DNA of 64,000 bases from the human T2T-CHM13v2.0 reference genome, Homo sapiens (GCF_009914755.1 NC_060929.1), one strand, 5' to 3'; counted from the stretch's first letter, positions 45,372 to 59,915 are shown. Made by a program: numbers and translations. The notes: generated by a model not told the origin, from the sequence alone.

Positions 45372-45535
45372 GGAAAAAATATAAAAGTAAAGTAAGGCAT
45401 GAGAGAATTGTATAAAGTGGGGTGGGGAGGATACAATTTAAACTGTTTTTAAGAAAAGATATAAAAGTAAAGTGAGGCATGAGAGAATTGTATAAACTGG
45501 CGTGGAGAAGATGAAATTAAAAAAAGCTTCTGAGA
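45372..45535. repeat. Two-copy 80-bp tandem duplication
   Basis: ATAAAAGTAAAGTRAGGCATGAGAGAATTGTATAAA at 45381 and at 45461. Confidence 0.95.
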
Positions 45536-46313
45536 ACCAAATGAGGTTGTAATACTCCAAAATTCTTAATTCAAATGTTCTTCCTGCCTCCTTTAAGGTT
45601 CAAAAGATAGCTGGCGTGACCATATTCACGAAAGTGAATTTCTCTTTAAATTGCCAAAATCTTATTATCATTATTATTACTATTATTTTTGGTTTACAGA
45701 TCCAGGAATCTTTCTAATGATGGAGAAGCAAAATAAGAATAAAATGCATTTTATAAAAATCCTAATTTTAAATACCAAGAGAGAAGAGGAAATTTATGCT
45801 CTCTATATATTGTATAGGGGCTACCAGCATATGGCCTCTGTCCACAGAAGTACATTTATCTGGGAAATTGAAATAATTATTTAGTGAGCTCAGGCAAAAG
45901 TAAGTTCTAACACCAGAGCAGAGGACATAGCCTAATTTCATGAAAGCTGATTTATTATTGTTTATAAAACACCAAATTGTCATTACATTTTCTACCCTAC
46001 GTATAACTTGTGTTTTTCCAGTGGTGCTAATATGACAAAGGAAATAATGGAAGACTATCATAAAGAAAGCTTAAAATATGGTGACTTTTACATCAGTAAC
46101 ACTATTTTTCAATCATTGAGTCCTGCTGTGCATCTTGACATTAGCTCTTCAATCATACTCCAAATGGAGTAAAAATTATCAGTAGAGGAAACATTCTATG
46201 ATCCATTTCAATTCCACTACCTTTCCCACTGTTCATATTCAGAGAAATGGATATGAAGTGCTAGAGACAAGAGCAGAACAAATTAAAATTCTGCTTTTTC
46301 TGTGTGTCATTGC

Positions 46314-46588
46314 TTTTTGAGATGGGGTCTTGTTCTGCTGCATAGGCCAGTGTGCAGTGGTGGGATCATGGCTCATTGTAACCTCAAACTCCTGGGCTCA
46401 AGGGATCCTCCAGGCTCAGCCTCCCAAGTAGTTGGGACTGCAGACATGCACTACTCTGCTTGGCTAATTTTTTTATTCTTAGTAGAGTCTGTTCCCCAGG
46501 CTGGTCTCAAACTCCTGGCCTTAAGTGATCCTCCTACATCGGCCTCCCGAAGCACCAGGATTACAGGTGTGAGCCACCAAGCTCAATC
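46314..46588 (-). mobile_element. AluJ (Jo-like), degenerate, short tail
   Basis: GATCATGGCTCATTGTAACCTCAAACTCCTGGGCTCAAG. Confidence 0.93.
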
Positions 46589-47048
46589 AAAAGTCCTACC
46601 TATAAACTAAAGTTCCACAGAGACTGATGGTTAAAAATGCAAATTGAAATCAAATCAGCAACACTCTAAAATCTGAAAAGATTCATTATTTCTCCACCAG
46701 AACACTTTTTATAAACAAGCTGAAGGTTACTTTAATTTTGTTCAAGGTTGTGTCCTACCTTTCTTTGATCTATCCCACAGCATATAGTCAAGTGGTAGCC
46801 CCATGACGTGCACTTCACTAAGAGGAGGTCAGAGTTATCCATTCATTCATTGATTAAATACATATGAATCAAGTCTATGTGTCAGGCACTTTGAGTATCA
46901 ACAATTCCAAAATCAACAAGACACAATGTAAGCTCTCAAGAACATCACAGTTTATGGTAGCCAAGACCATTTTTAAAAAAATTGATAAACATCTACTCTG
47001 ATGTACTTAGTGCCCAATTCTTTCTCCCTTTCTCTTTAAAAAAAAAAA

Positions 47049-49130
<2,082 letters not shown>

Positions 49131-49131
49131 A

Positions 49132-49300
49132 TAATTTACTGAAGTGAAATTCATATCACATAAACTTAAAAATAGTAAAGTCAAGAATTCAGTGGCATTT
49201 AGCACATTTACAATGTTGTGCAACCACCACCTCTATCTAGTTCCAAACATTTTCAACATTCCAAAGTAAAACCCCTTACCTATTAAGAAGTTCTTTTCTC
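49132..49300 (-). mobile_element. L1MB 3' end fragment
   Basis: AATTCAGTGGCATTTAGCACATTTACAATGTTGTGCAACCACCACCTCTATCTAGTTCCAAACATTTTCA. Confidence 0.9.
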
Positions 49301-50241
49301 AAGACCACTTTTAACTTCAATGTATGGGAAGCCTTCATTTCGAAACAGGTTTTGAAAAAAATTCTATGCCCACAATCACTTAACTTAAATATTAGAATTG
49401 AGACTAATGGAGTCAAAGAGTCCTGTAACATCAGACACAGCCTCTTAGGGTTTTTAAAATGGCATTCTGCATTCTCTGTTTTTTTTGTTTTTTTTTTTCT
49501 TTGGTTTTGGTTTTTTCAGTCTGTCAATTTTCCAGATTCCTATCTCCCAAAGCCGGTAGATGTCTCCTTTGATCCAGTAGCTAAGGCATGGTTGAACTGA
49601 TCATATTTATACCGAATTTCCAAAGATCAATCAACGAGAATTCTCGGGTCTATGTGCTTGTTTATTTAGCCCTGCCTCTATGCCTGAACTTCATCTGGAA
49701 GTCACACATAGTCTTCTTTCTGTCTTCAGCCATGAGCAATAGTGTATTTGCACTAAAAACGTTTCCATGGCATCTTCTTCTTTATTTAATTTTCTATCAG
49801 CAGACCCTTCTTTGATACTTCCTTTTTCTGCCCATTCTGGTAATTCAGTTGACTAAAACACAAAACTCTTCCCAGGTAATCTTTGTTTCCCTTTCATAAT
49901 CTGCCGTTTATACATCTACTTAATTCATAATTTTGCTAAACATCTCCAATTATTTGTTCCTACATTGTTATCTTGCCATCAAAATATTGATTTTAATACC
50001 TGTGACCCCTCCAGTCCATTTAAAATATTAATTACCAAGTTTCCTGCCTTGGATATTGGAGTTCTTAATACTAACATCAAACCAAATGTTTTATCCTCAT
50101 TTCTAAAGCTCTACTCCATTGCAGACACCGTGACATCTAACACTTAGCAGATAGAAAAAAAGTATGCCATTGTAAATCTGAAAACTTCTGGGCTTGCATG
50201 TCAGAGACTGGAAGTGGTTTGTTTGAAAGGAGCTTATACTG

Positions 50242-50393
50242 AGGCAGCATAGCATAACACAGTGGTTAAAAGCAAGTCTGTGAAAGTGAGAAAGACTGGG
50301 GTCCAAATCTTGGCTCTAACACTTCTAAGCTACGTGACTCTGGGCAAGTTGCTTAAATTCCCTGAGCACCAGCTTTCTCATCTGTATGATGTA
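50242..50393 (+). mobile_element. MIR
   Basis: GGCAGCATAGCATAACACAGTGGTTAAAAGC...GGGCAAGTTGCTTAA. Confidence 0.88.
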
Positions 50394-52551
50394 AAAAAAA
50401 GAGCAGCACTGTTTAGTAAACATGGTCTTGGCTTTATACCACTTCCTAATATTTCTACAACTGTCAAGTCAATCAACATGTTACCTTAGAAACTGTGGAA
50501 AAGGTATAACCTTTGGAAAATGTAATCAGGGGGGAACAACTTTTCCTAGCCCAAGTCCAGCTTCTGGTTCTGCCCTGACAGGTATCTGTAAGTTATAATG
50601 TTTTACTAGGTCTTCATTTCCTTACTTATAAACTGAGGGAGGTTGAGTGAGGAGTTCTATTTGTTTGCATTTTGGCTCTGCAATTCAGGGGTTTTATTTG
50701 ACACGTGAGGACCAAGGAGTAGAAAGGAGCAATCAAGTGCAGTGGTTTGGTCAAGATCACATAAAAAGTCTTGCTGTAAAACCAGGAGCTAGTCCTAAAC
50801 TGCTCACCAGCAAGCTTGATTTATACTCGAGTAGACCATATTCTCTTGCTCCTCCAGCTGCAGCTCCACTCCTCATTTATCTTAGCCCAGGCTGACTCTA
50901 AGCTGCTTTCACTTCTACCTCACTGCATTTCGCCCTGATAATTTTGTAGCTTACCTAGCCTCCCTCTTTGAGATCCCTTCTTAAAAGGGTCATTCTATTA
51001 ACCTACCCATATCAGTTACTTTACTACTGCTGATCTATCGCTACCTGTCAATTCATGGGAATTACAGGGTGCACTGGGACAAGAGTAAAATGATCCAACA
51101 AACATAATGTTGCATTTAAAAAAATAAGCTAAAAGATACTGATGACTTTTTATAACTACAACATATTCGTTTGTGAATAAGAACATATATAGTAAAAAGA
51201 TGAAAATGTGAACAGGTTGACTATTTCCTAAATTTATGGCAGAGGTTGTTCTGGAGAGGATGGAAGAAAAATGAGGCTGGCAGTGATGGTGGGGAAATGC
51301 AACCTCCAAAATTATCTATCTATATATTTTTATTAAAAACACCCACAGTAATTATGGCAAATGTTAATGTTTGTTTGTTCTAGGTTTTGGATACATTTAA
51401 GATCTCTTGCTTTCTGGGTACATTTCTTTTCTTTTCTTTTCTTTTTTTTTCAAATTAATTCCAAAAGACTTATATCTGCTACATGAAGAACGAAGCAAGT
51501 TCAGCTCTCTTGCTGAAATGTTCAAATGCTGAGGCAAGGCCTGTACTACAAATTTGTGTAACCAAAACCACAGTGCTCTCAATGCTCCTAGTGTTGCATT
51601 ACAGCAGTTAGAAGAGATTGAGCTATTTTGTTTCCATGGCTCATTAAGCTAGAGTTAGACTGGTGTCCATAATCAAATTTACTGCACTTACCCTTGCTTC
51701 TTCCCTATGAAGTACAGCCAGACCTTAGGGAAAATCTCAACTATTCCAGGTCCATGGTAATTTGGTCCACGAAAGAAATTAACACACCTGAAAAGGATTA
51801 AATTATTTTTCCTTTTCAAAATGATCCTCTTCCTTAAGCTTCCTCTGTCAATTGACTGCCAACCTTATTTGCTAATTCCCATCCCTCATCGGGCTTCCTA
51901 GCACTTCCTGCTGCAAATTAGTGTGCAGTGAACCTGAGCCTGCTCTCCAAAACACATCCAGACTCTTGGGGCTTTCTGGGCTTCCGCTAGGGTGCCTGGT
52001 GCAAAGGGGGCCTAAATCAATCAATTAAGGCCTGGGAAGATTCCAGGCAAGAGGAAGGGATATCTTGGGGGACAAAAGGAATGTGTAGGTGGGAAGAAGG
52101 GAGAAAGTCTTTCTTCGTTTTTCACTGCAGGAAATGATCTGGACAGAGAGCAATTCGAATCATAGACAGGGAGGGTTGGGCAGGATGCGATGGGGGAGCG
52201 AATGACAGACACAAGTGACAGGAACAACTTAGGGAGACAGGTCAGAAAACATCTAATCTAGGCACATAGCAGAAATAGTGAAGGGAATTGAAACAGTTGT
52301 TCTGTATTTTGTTCACAGTGTTAAAGTCAAAGTCAGTGCTTTTTAACCTCATGGGATGGAGCGGGGGAGGGGGCACAAGGAGCCTTGTGTGAAGGCTCTG
52401 GCTCTGCTTATTGATCCCCCAAATACAATAATACATCCTCACAATCATAAATTTGAGAGCAAGGGGCTCTGATCCTGTGATATACAATCTAGGCCCTTAT
52501 TGGATCCTGGAACTGATTTTCAGAATCCTTTATTCTTTTAAGTACAATTGT

Positions 52552-52555
52552 AAAA

Positions 52556-52586
<31 letters not shown>

Positions 52587-52654
52587 AAGCAAGGAAGAAA
52601 GGAAAAAAGGAAGGGAAGAAGGAAGGAAGGAAAAAAGGAAGAAAGGAAAGAAGG
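52552..52654. repeat. A-run, (GA)n and (GGAA)n polypurine tract
   Basis: Directly visible. Confidence 0.95.
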
Positions 52655-53757
52655 GTTCCATTTATAAACCTCAGACAAAACAAAAATGAAAGCAAAAGAG
52701 AACAAAAAATAGCCAATACGACCCAAGTTACAAATTTACTTGTATCCTTTCAGAGGATAACCCAAATTCCTGCAAGACAATTAGCCATCTTTCTTTCGAT
52801 TATTACAGTAAGCAAGACGGGTTAAGAGTATATAGTAAATGTGCTTTGCTAAACTCCTTCTCCCTTTATTGACTCTATCACAAGAAGCACACTTAATATA
52901 ATTTTTACAATTTTTTAAAGAACAAATAGGAAAGAGGAGAAGGTTGTACTTTAGCTACCTTTGTGTATTTGAAAGGAATGCTGTTCAGGGCTTCTTCCTT
53001 TTCAAAAAGAAACAGGTCTTTGAAAACGAAGAATCATTACTGTGCATATCTCTCGAGGGCTGCTCCTCTAGTATCAGTCCATTTGAAATAGGAGTTTCAC
53101 ATAATTCAATTTATTAAACCCACATTTCCTGCCAGATTTTGCTTTATGTGCCTATGTCCTTTTGTTTCCCGGCTAACATTTCCACATCTCGGAAATCATT
53201 CTTTCTAGTATAACTGAAGAATATGGATATTAAAATCAGATCAGCAAAAGATTTTTATGGACTTGGAAAGCTGCCCATTAATGCCGTAAAATAAAGCGTG
53301 TTATACAGCTGATATCATCAGTTCTACTCTATGTTGTTTTCATATTCCTGGCGGTGGGTGGAGAGTTAGAGTGGAACAATTAGGAGTGGGAAAGAGAATG
53401 AAAGGATTCGATCAATTGTGGAATTTCAAAGCGGAGACAATTTACACTAAAGAATTCAAAGACTTCGTAACCTCCAAGACATTTTCCAGTCCAGGTAACC
53501 GTTGAATTATAGCTGGAGGTGATGTTCTTGGAGCTGCCTGTGAAAGCTGAAATCACAACATGCCTGCAGTGTTCCCTTCCTAAACCAACTTTGCCATTTT
53601 CTCAGGCAGACACACAAACATGCAAGCGTCCACAGTAATGTGCGTGTGTGAGGGATGGGGGAAGAGTGATTGTTGCTTTGTAGTAGCTCCTTTGAAGTGT
53701 TTAATTCCTCCCTTGTAATCTCTTCATCAACACACATTTAAAGCATATCAGTTTTAC

Positions 53758-53955
53758 CTCAGCAATTTGATTCTCAGAGGCTTATGTGGCTCAGGGCCTC
53801 TGTCCAGCACCTGGGTGGCACAGTTTGTTTTATGTGCATGCAGAAGTGTTAACAGAATTAATTTTTTTCCTTCTTTCTCTCTTTCTTCTTCCCCCACCTC
53901 CCCCAATTTAGGTTAATGAGCCCAGGCAGCAGTGTGTGTGAGTGAGCGGGCGTGT
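53758..53955 (-). other. Candidate non-coding first exon
   Basis: TATA-like TATTTTAAAAA at 53990-53980 (minus), CA initiator about 32 nt downstream, donor GAG|GTAAAA at 53758/53757. Confidence 0.4.
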
Positions 53956-54469
53956 GCACAGGAGGGCCGTGAGCCTGCCTTTTTAAAATACAGGAAACGC
54001 ATAGAAGAAAGAAGAGTTCAGCTGGAGCCACGACTTCCCTCTTTGCTTCTTTCCCTCCCCACCCCCCCACCCCCCACCTCACCCCCCACACTCCAGCACC
54101 GGCTTTTAATTTTCAAAAGCACTGCAATTGCTTGGTGTGGTTTCAAGAGCTGGGGTGCCATTCTCCCTGATGATGACTCTGCTGACGTCAATGGCATTCT
54201 TATCATGCCTAGTGCGACATCAGAAACCAGTCCTCAGAGGCTCCTCTTATTCACAGTGCCTGGGCTCTCAGCAAAATGTGGACCGGATTCTGAAACGCAA
54301 AGGACTCCCCGTTCCTAATCAGCGCTGCAATCCACCAGACAGTCTCCTTCTGCCGGCAGCTTGCCAGTTAAGACTTTGTTCCTTAGCGTTCTGTCCTGCA
54401 AGGACCCCCTGAAGGAGAAGAGAGGGCTAAGTGGATCACAGCGTGTCCTCCGTGTCTGAGCTTTCAGAG

Positions 54470-54518
<49 letters not shown>

Positions 54519-54720
54519 AACCAAGGTTAGAGACTAGTCAATGCTGCTTCTGATTATTCTTCAGGTTTTACTAAAAGGCTTCAGTCTTTGATATAAGGCT
54601 ATTCCCCCGACACAGTGGCTAAGACCCTCTTGTGTAAGTGCTCCTAGCTCACTCTCTGGATCAGAACCAGTGCCCAGGTCCCCACGTGAAGCCCATATTC
54701 ACCCCAGATGGCAGCATGCA
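53930..54720. promoter_or_regulatory. Promoter-like block with intermediate CpG content
   Basis: About 17 CpGs in 53930-54472; perfect CRE TGACGTCA 54183-54190; C-rich tract 54053-54087; CACGTG 54683-54688; CTCF-like ACCCCAGATGGCAGCA 54701-54716; no recognisable transposons nearby. Confidence 0.6.
54472..54513. repeat. (GT)21 microsatellite
   Basis: Uninterrupted GT run. Confidence 0.99.
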
Positions 54721-55289
54721 CCTCCTCTCCTTTTTTTAATAAAGAAAAAGAAATAGGAGGTTGGGAGGAGAAGGAAAATAATCATAGCTGAATAATAATA
54801 GCAGAATAGGAAAATAGTATCACTAAGAATTAAATATTTCACTCTAAATACTCATGACTTGTTAAGAGGTCTGCTCTCAAAAGCTGAATTCACAAGGGAG
54901 TTAATACATACTAAACCCAGTATGCATTCCTACCTAGCAGTTTGGGGGCAATTATTATGGGGATGATGAACTTTCTCCATTTACAGTGGAGTGTATTATG
55001 GTCCAAATCTACCCTAAAGCATTTGGGAAATGTCTACAGTTCAAATTAAGATGTTTAGAGTCAAGGTCATTTAGCTTGATGATGGAATGATACATGTCTA
55101 GTTAGATTTCATCTGACCAATCTTTGACACAAACACATCAGAATTGTCTTGGTATCCACCAACCAAATAATGTTTGTTTCTCTTGAAGATTGCTGAGTGA
55201 CCCATAGTAAGCTTATTAGGAGATTAGGAGCAACTGTTCCAGAGAGAAGCTGTTTAACAACATATGAAATGTGCAACATAATTCCATCT

Positions 55290-55485
55290 AGAACTATTTA
55301 GAATCATAACATGGAAGAACAGCAGCTTACACCTGGTTCAACCCTTCTACCTTTAAGTGAGGAAACTGATGCCCAAAGGCTGCGTCATGCTTTACTCAAG
55401 GTCATCCACCTATTAAGAGGCAGGACTGACAAACTAAAGCTGTCTCTCTCTAAATGGTATGCTTTTCCTACTACAACACATAGCT
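55290..55485 (-). mobile_element. MIR
   Basis: TGAGGAAACTGATGCCCAAAG...CTCAAGGTCA. Confidence 0.75.
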
Positions 55486-55723
55486 CCTGATTATTCAAAA
55501 CCTAATGACCAAACCTCAAACCCACTTGCCAAGGGAGTTTCCATTTTTCTTTTAAATCTGAGCAATATTTCTTAATTTTTTGATTAAAGTGATATTTCAG
55601 GAATGTTTAGATGAATTATAATGAGTTTCTCCTTTGTTTTCAGTGAGTTTCACAACTAGTGTAAAGGTTATTAAGTAGAATGGAACAAAATAATATATGT
55701 TGGAATGCATGAAATTCAGATGG

Positions 55724-55861
55724 TTTTGTTCTTTGTTATTTTTTGTAGAGACAGCATCTCCCTATGTTGCCCAGGCTGGTCTCAAACTCCTGGGCTCAAG
55801 TAATCCTCCTGCCTTGCCTCCCAAAGTGCTGAGATTACAGATGTAAGCCACTGAGCCCAGC
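55724..55861 (-). mobile_element. FLAM-C-like Alu monomer
   Basis: TTTTGTAGAGACAGCATCTCCCTATGTTGCCCAGGCTGGTCTCAAACTCCTGGGCTCAAG; single arm. Confidence 0.92.
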
Positions 55862-56209
55862 AAAGACGTGTTTTTAAAAAGTGATGATGGGCTCTGGGAA
55901 GAAGGAGCAAAGATTTATCTGGGTTCCAAATGTATGAGCTCCCTGAGCCCAGCCATCATTCTGCTTCATCTACTACATAGCTCTCACCATGGTTTGTAAC
56001 ATTGCTTGCTAATATATTTTATTTGCCACCTAATTCAAGCCATTAAGTTAATATTCGATTATATAAATATGATCTTTATAGTTACTTTTTCCCTATCCCC
56101 AATAGTTTTGCCTTCTCTTCAGAGGACTATAACTGCTTCTATAAATCACCTTTTGCTACTCTCTTTTTGGTAGACGTGCATCACATTCTGGTCGCGAATG
56201 GTGAGGAGA

Positions 56210-56435
56210 TGGGGCAGATGCTGGTTTTAGAGTCAGACAAACCTGTGTTGGAAACCTGGCTTAACCACTTGCTACTATATAATTTCAAGACATAACTTCT
56301 CTGAGCCTCAGTTTCCTTATCTATAAAATATGACCCTACCTTGCAGGGTTATTGAAAGGGTTAGAGATGATGTTTACTAAAGTCCTATCACAATGCCTAG
56401 CACATAGGAGAAACTCAATCAAGGATAATTTTATT
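56210..56435 (+). mobile_element. MIR
   Basis: TAACTTCTCTGAGCCTCAGTTTCCTTATCTATAAAAT. Confidence 0.88.
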
Positions 56436-58063
56436 AATGATTTTTAAAAAATAAATGGGGAAAATCATAAAATTAATAAAGATTAGTAAGATTGAACAAA
56501 GGACATATAGTATTTCCCCCCTTATAACCAGAGCTGTTCCTCAGTACCACTAAAATTGGAAGGACAATATTTCTTTAAAGAATTTTTCTAGTGAAAAGCT
56601 AAGCCAAATATATGATCATTGGCCTGCATTATGAATGCATGTTTCACTGAGTATCTGATTATAATTGGATGTCAAATAGCTACAAAACCTAATTGTGGTC
56701 TCAAAAATTGTCTCTTCTCCCTGAGACAAACATCCAATATTTCCTAGGTGATAACTAAGCTTTGTGTACACTGAGATAAGACGCCAAATCAATTCCTTAA
56801 ACTTAAAGGCACAAAGGTTTCGGAAAGCCTCATTGTCCATTTGAGAGACAAGCCACGGCATCTCGTAAAGCACATTTTCACTGTATACTATGTTACTACA
56901 AAATTGAGTTAATTTCATTAATAACAAAATTTATCAAAATAAAAATGCTTTCTCCTTTGCAGGAATCCATAAATAACATAAAATAATAATAGCATTTTAA
57001 CTCAGAAGCAAATTACAGCCATGACTGTTTAAGTTGGCTAACCCAAATTTCGTAAGTGAAACTGGAGTGGTCTGCGTAAGTCCTAGATTGCATATGATTC
57101 AGGGAAACCCAGATGTCAAAAGGGTGTGTGAATCAAAAGAAGGTATTCATCTTGGTGATTTAGCCCTGAACCAATCAATTCTTCCCAGAGCACTGGAGAA
57201 AAAGTTCTTGTTTCTAGTGGAATCATCCTGCCCTTACCTACCTAGTAAAAATTTTGTACCCAATCAATACCTTAGTCAACTTTAAATTCCTGAATAGCCC
57301 TTCTGCCTCATTCAAGTGAATGGAAAGAAAAGGTTTAATCATATTTAAATACTCCAGACTATTGAGTAAAGTTAAATGCAAATTTGGTCATGTTATTCCC
57401 TTCTTTAAAACCATCCATTCATTAGTGATGATCCATTCACCTAACTATGCCCTCAGCAGGCAGGGCTGTTAGCCTGAGGAAGGGGTGCCCTTTTCTATTT
57501 CATCCAGCTAGAAGATGGCCCTTTGGAATCTATCTGCTCAATGATATTGTATTTCTAGAATATAAAAAAGATGCCTTAAATATACAAAAGACACAGGGGG
57601 AGTCCTTTTTAGGTCTCAGTTTAAGGCTGATTTCTGAGTTGGTTATATGCTCTCACAGCAATTTGTATGTTGCCTTCATGGTGCTTAAGGCAGTTCAATC
57701 ATACATTTTGTTTTTCTTTCCCCTACTAGAGTATAAGGTAGAAATTGTGACTATATTTTTCACTTTCGTATCCCCAACTCCATCCCAGTGCCTAGTACAC
57801 AAGTACCCGGTGCTTTATTGACTGATACACGAGTACTGGTGAATTAAAAAATTGTTATATAAAGTTGGGTTGTTGTCTTGTCCAATAGTAGCTGTGTTTC
57901 GCACTGCAAGTCATTTTTGAGAGCATATGAAATAACTCTATGTCCTCATGAATGACTTTATCATAATCATTCCTGAACAGCACGGGCATGTGGTATTCCA
58001 AAAGGGAGTTTTACTGGCCCTTGGTTAAATTTAAAGAAATAATAAGGCCAATTTAAAACACAA

Positions 58064-58088
58064 ACACACACACACACACACACACACA
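58064..58088. repeat. (AC)n microsatellite
   Basis: Directly visible. Confidence 0.97.
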
Positions 58089-59734
58089 TATTAATGAGAG
58101 GTTTCTAAGCCCCCCATGGGAGATGACTGCCCTTTTTGTCCTTATTGTTTTGCAATATTAAAAGTATATAGAATGTGGAAAATAAATGTCATAATATGAA
58201 ATCATGGTTCCAGTATATGTTAGTGTGTTCTGTTGAAAATAGTTTTGTTTGGCAAAAATGAAGAGTTGGTAATTGTATGTTGGGCCTCACAGTTTTTTGT
58301 TTTGAAATTCCAAAGTCTGGGAACCATTGACTTAGCAGGGTTTTCCCATCAGAACACAGATTTGAGGGTTTTTAAGGATACATGTCTTAGTTTCTAGTCG
58401 CGTATGGCTCCAACCTACAATCCTTCCTTCTTTCGGGTCCCACCTTTATTTTTTACTTTTCTGATAGTTCCCACAACTTTGCCCACAAAGTTGCCAATTC
58501 CTAAATATTATTATCAAAGTGCAATTTTGTATACCCCAAAGCTAATATATAATTAATTTTACTATAAGAGAAATCAGTTAAAATGTAAAAAGTTTAATAA
58601 TATACATTATAATAATGGCCCTGGTACACTCCCCCACCGTTCTTTGGAATAAGAAAAGGTATAACCCTTGAAAGTAAAATTAACTTTTCTTTGCACATAT
58701 TAGACTTCTCAATGGTGTGCCAAAGAGTGGAGATGACAGGTGAGCCAAGCTATTGATTTCCCTTGGCTCTTGTCGCTAGTGGGTGGGAGACTGAACACAA
58801 GCCACATCCTTTATTTACTGCAGTTTTCGTAGAAATATAGTTATCAGCGTATGTCATGAAGGAACAAATGTGGGGAAGTACTGACCTAAATAACTTTTAC
58901 GTGATTCAGTATACATGTAAATTGAAATAAAGAATATTAAATCTCAAAACTATCCAGAGGACCTTATTCAATGGTATAATATTTCAAATTTAATTTTTTA
59001 TTACAGTATATTTTCAGGTACAGTTTTAAAAATGGGGAGCATGCAATTAACGAATACATAAAAATAACACTAGTTTAATCTTCCCTTTAAGAAAAGTTCC
59101 TGTTTGCTATTCCTGTTACATATACAGGCATAGGACTTCATGGCCTTTAAGACATGTTGATAATATTAACATTTCCACTTGATTGTGGGAAGTAGCATTC
59201 ATTTTCAGCTTTGCTTAGAGCTTATTAACCTGATGTCAACAAGATATACTAGAAATGTCCTTGTCAGTCCAAACCCACAAGTAGAAATGATCATGTTGTT
59301 GAATGTGTTCAGTCTGATTTGACAATGGTAACAAGTCAACACTGTTCTGCTAAAGGAAGGTCAATCATCCCATTGCACCAGGGATTTCTTTATTTCTTTT
59401 GCTAACATTAGCATTATGATCAGTGTATGTCAAAGAATACATTGGGATAAAAAATTCTGCTTGTCCATTTCTGTTTTTCCATTCTCTTATGACTTAGAGA
59501 ATTGAAAAATTAATCTCAATTTTTTTCTGTCTGTAAATATACAATATATATATACACACACTCTTACACAAAATCTCTGAAAATGCTGTCACATGCATGA
59601 AACACAAAATGAAAAAGGTAGAGATTTTTTCATAAACATGAAACAGAAAAAACTTTCCTCCTCACTACAATTCATAGCTAGGATTCATGATTTTCTAGTA
59701 AGAGTAGCAAAATGGATGCCGATTCTATGGCATA

Positions 59735-59915
59735 GAAGACCAATGGCTTTAGACCTGGATTCAAATTTTAACTCTGCCACTTCCTAGCTTGGTGAAGATA
59801 AGCAAGTTAAGTCTTAGTTTTCTCATTTGTAAATTGGAGTCCATAGAGTCGTGAGGATTTCACAAGGTAATTTATTTGAAGCATTTGGCACAACACCTGG
59901 TACAAATTAGGAACT
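59735..59915 (+). mobile_element. MIR
   Basis: GACCTGGATTCAAATTTTAACTCTGCCACTTCCTAGCT. Confidence 0.85.

Noticed and set aside
45372-45535. Direct repeat considered as a CRISPR-like or array system
   Set aside because: Only two adjacent copies, no unique spacers, eukaryotic context
53795-53811. REST/RE1-like half-sites (TCCAGCACC and GGACAG)
   Set aside because: The halves overlap on opposite strands and do not form the canonical spacing; too weak without ChIP data
53932-54318. 128-aa plus-strand ORF over the promoter-like block
   Set aside because: GTG start; the poly-Pro comes from the C-tract; higher GC explains the lack of stops
56616-56927. 103-aa minus-strand ORF that looks superficially protein-like
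   Set aside because: Non-ATG start, no recognisable domain, no convincing splice sites; length is compatible with chance
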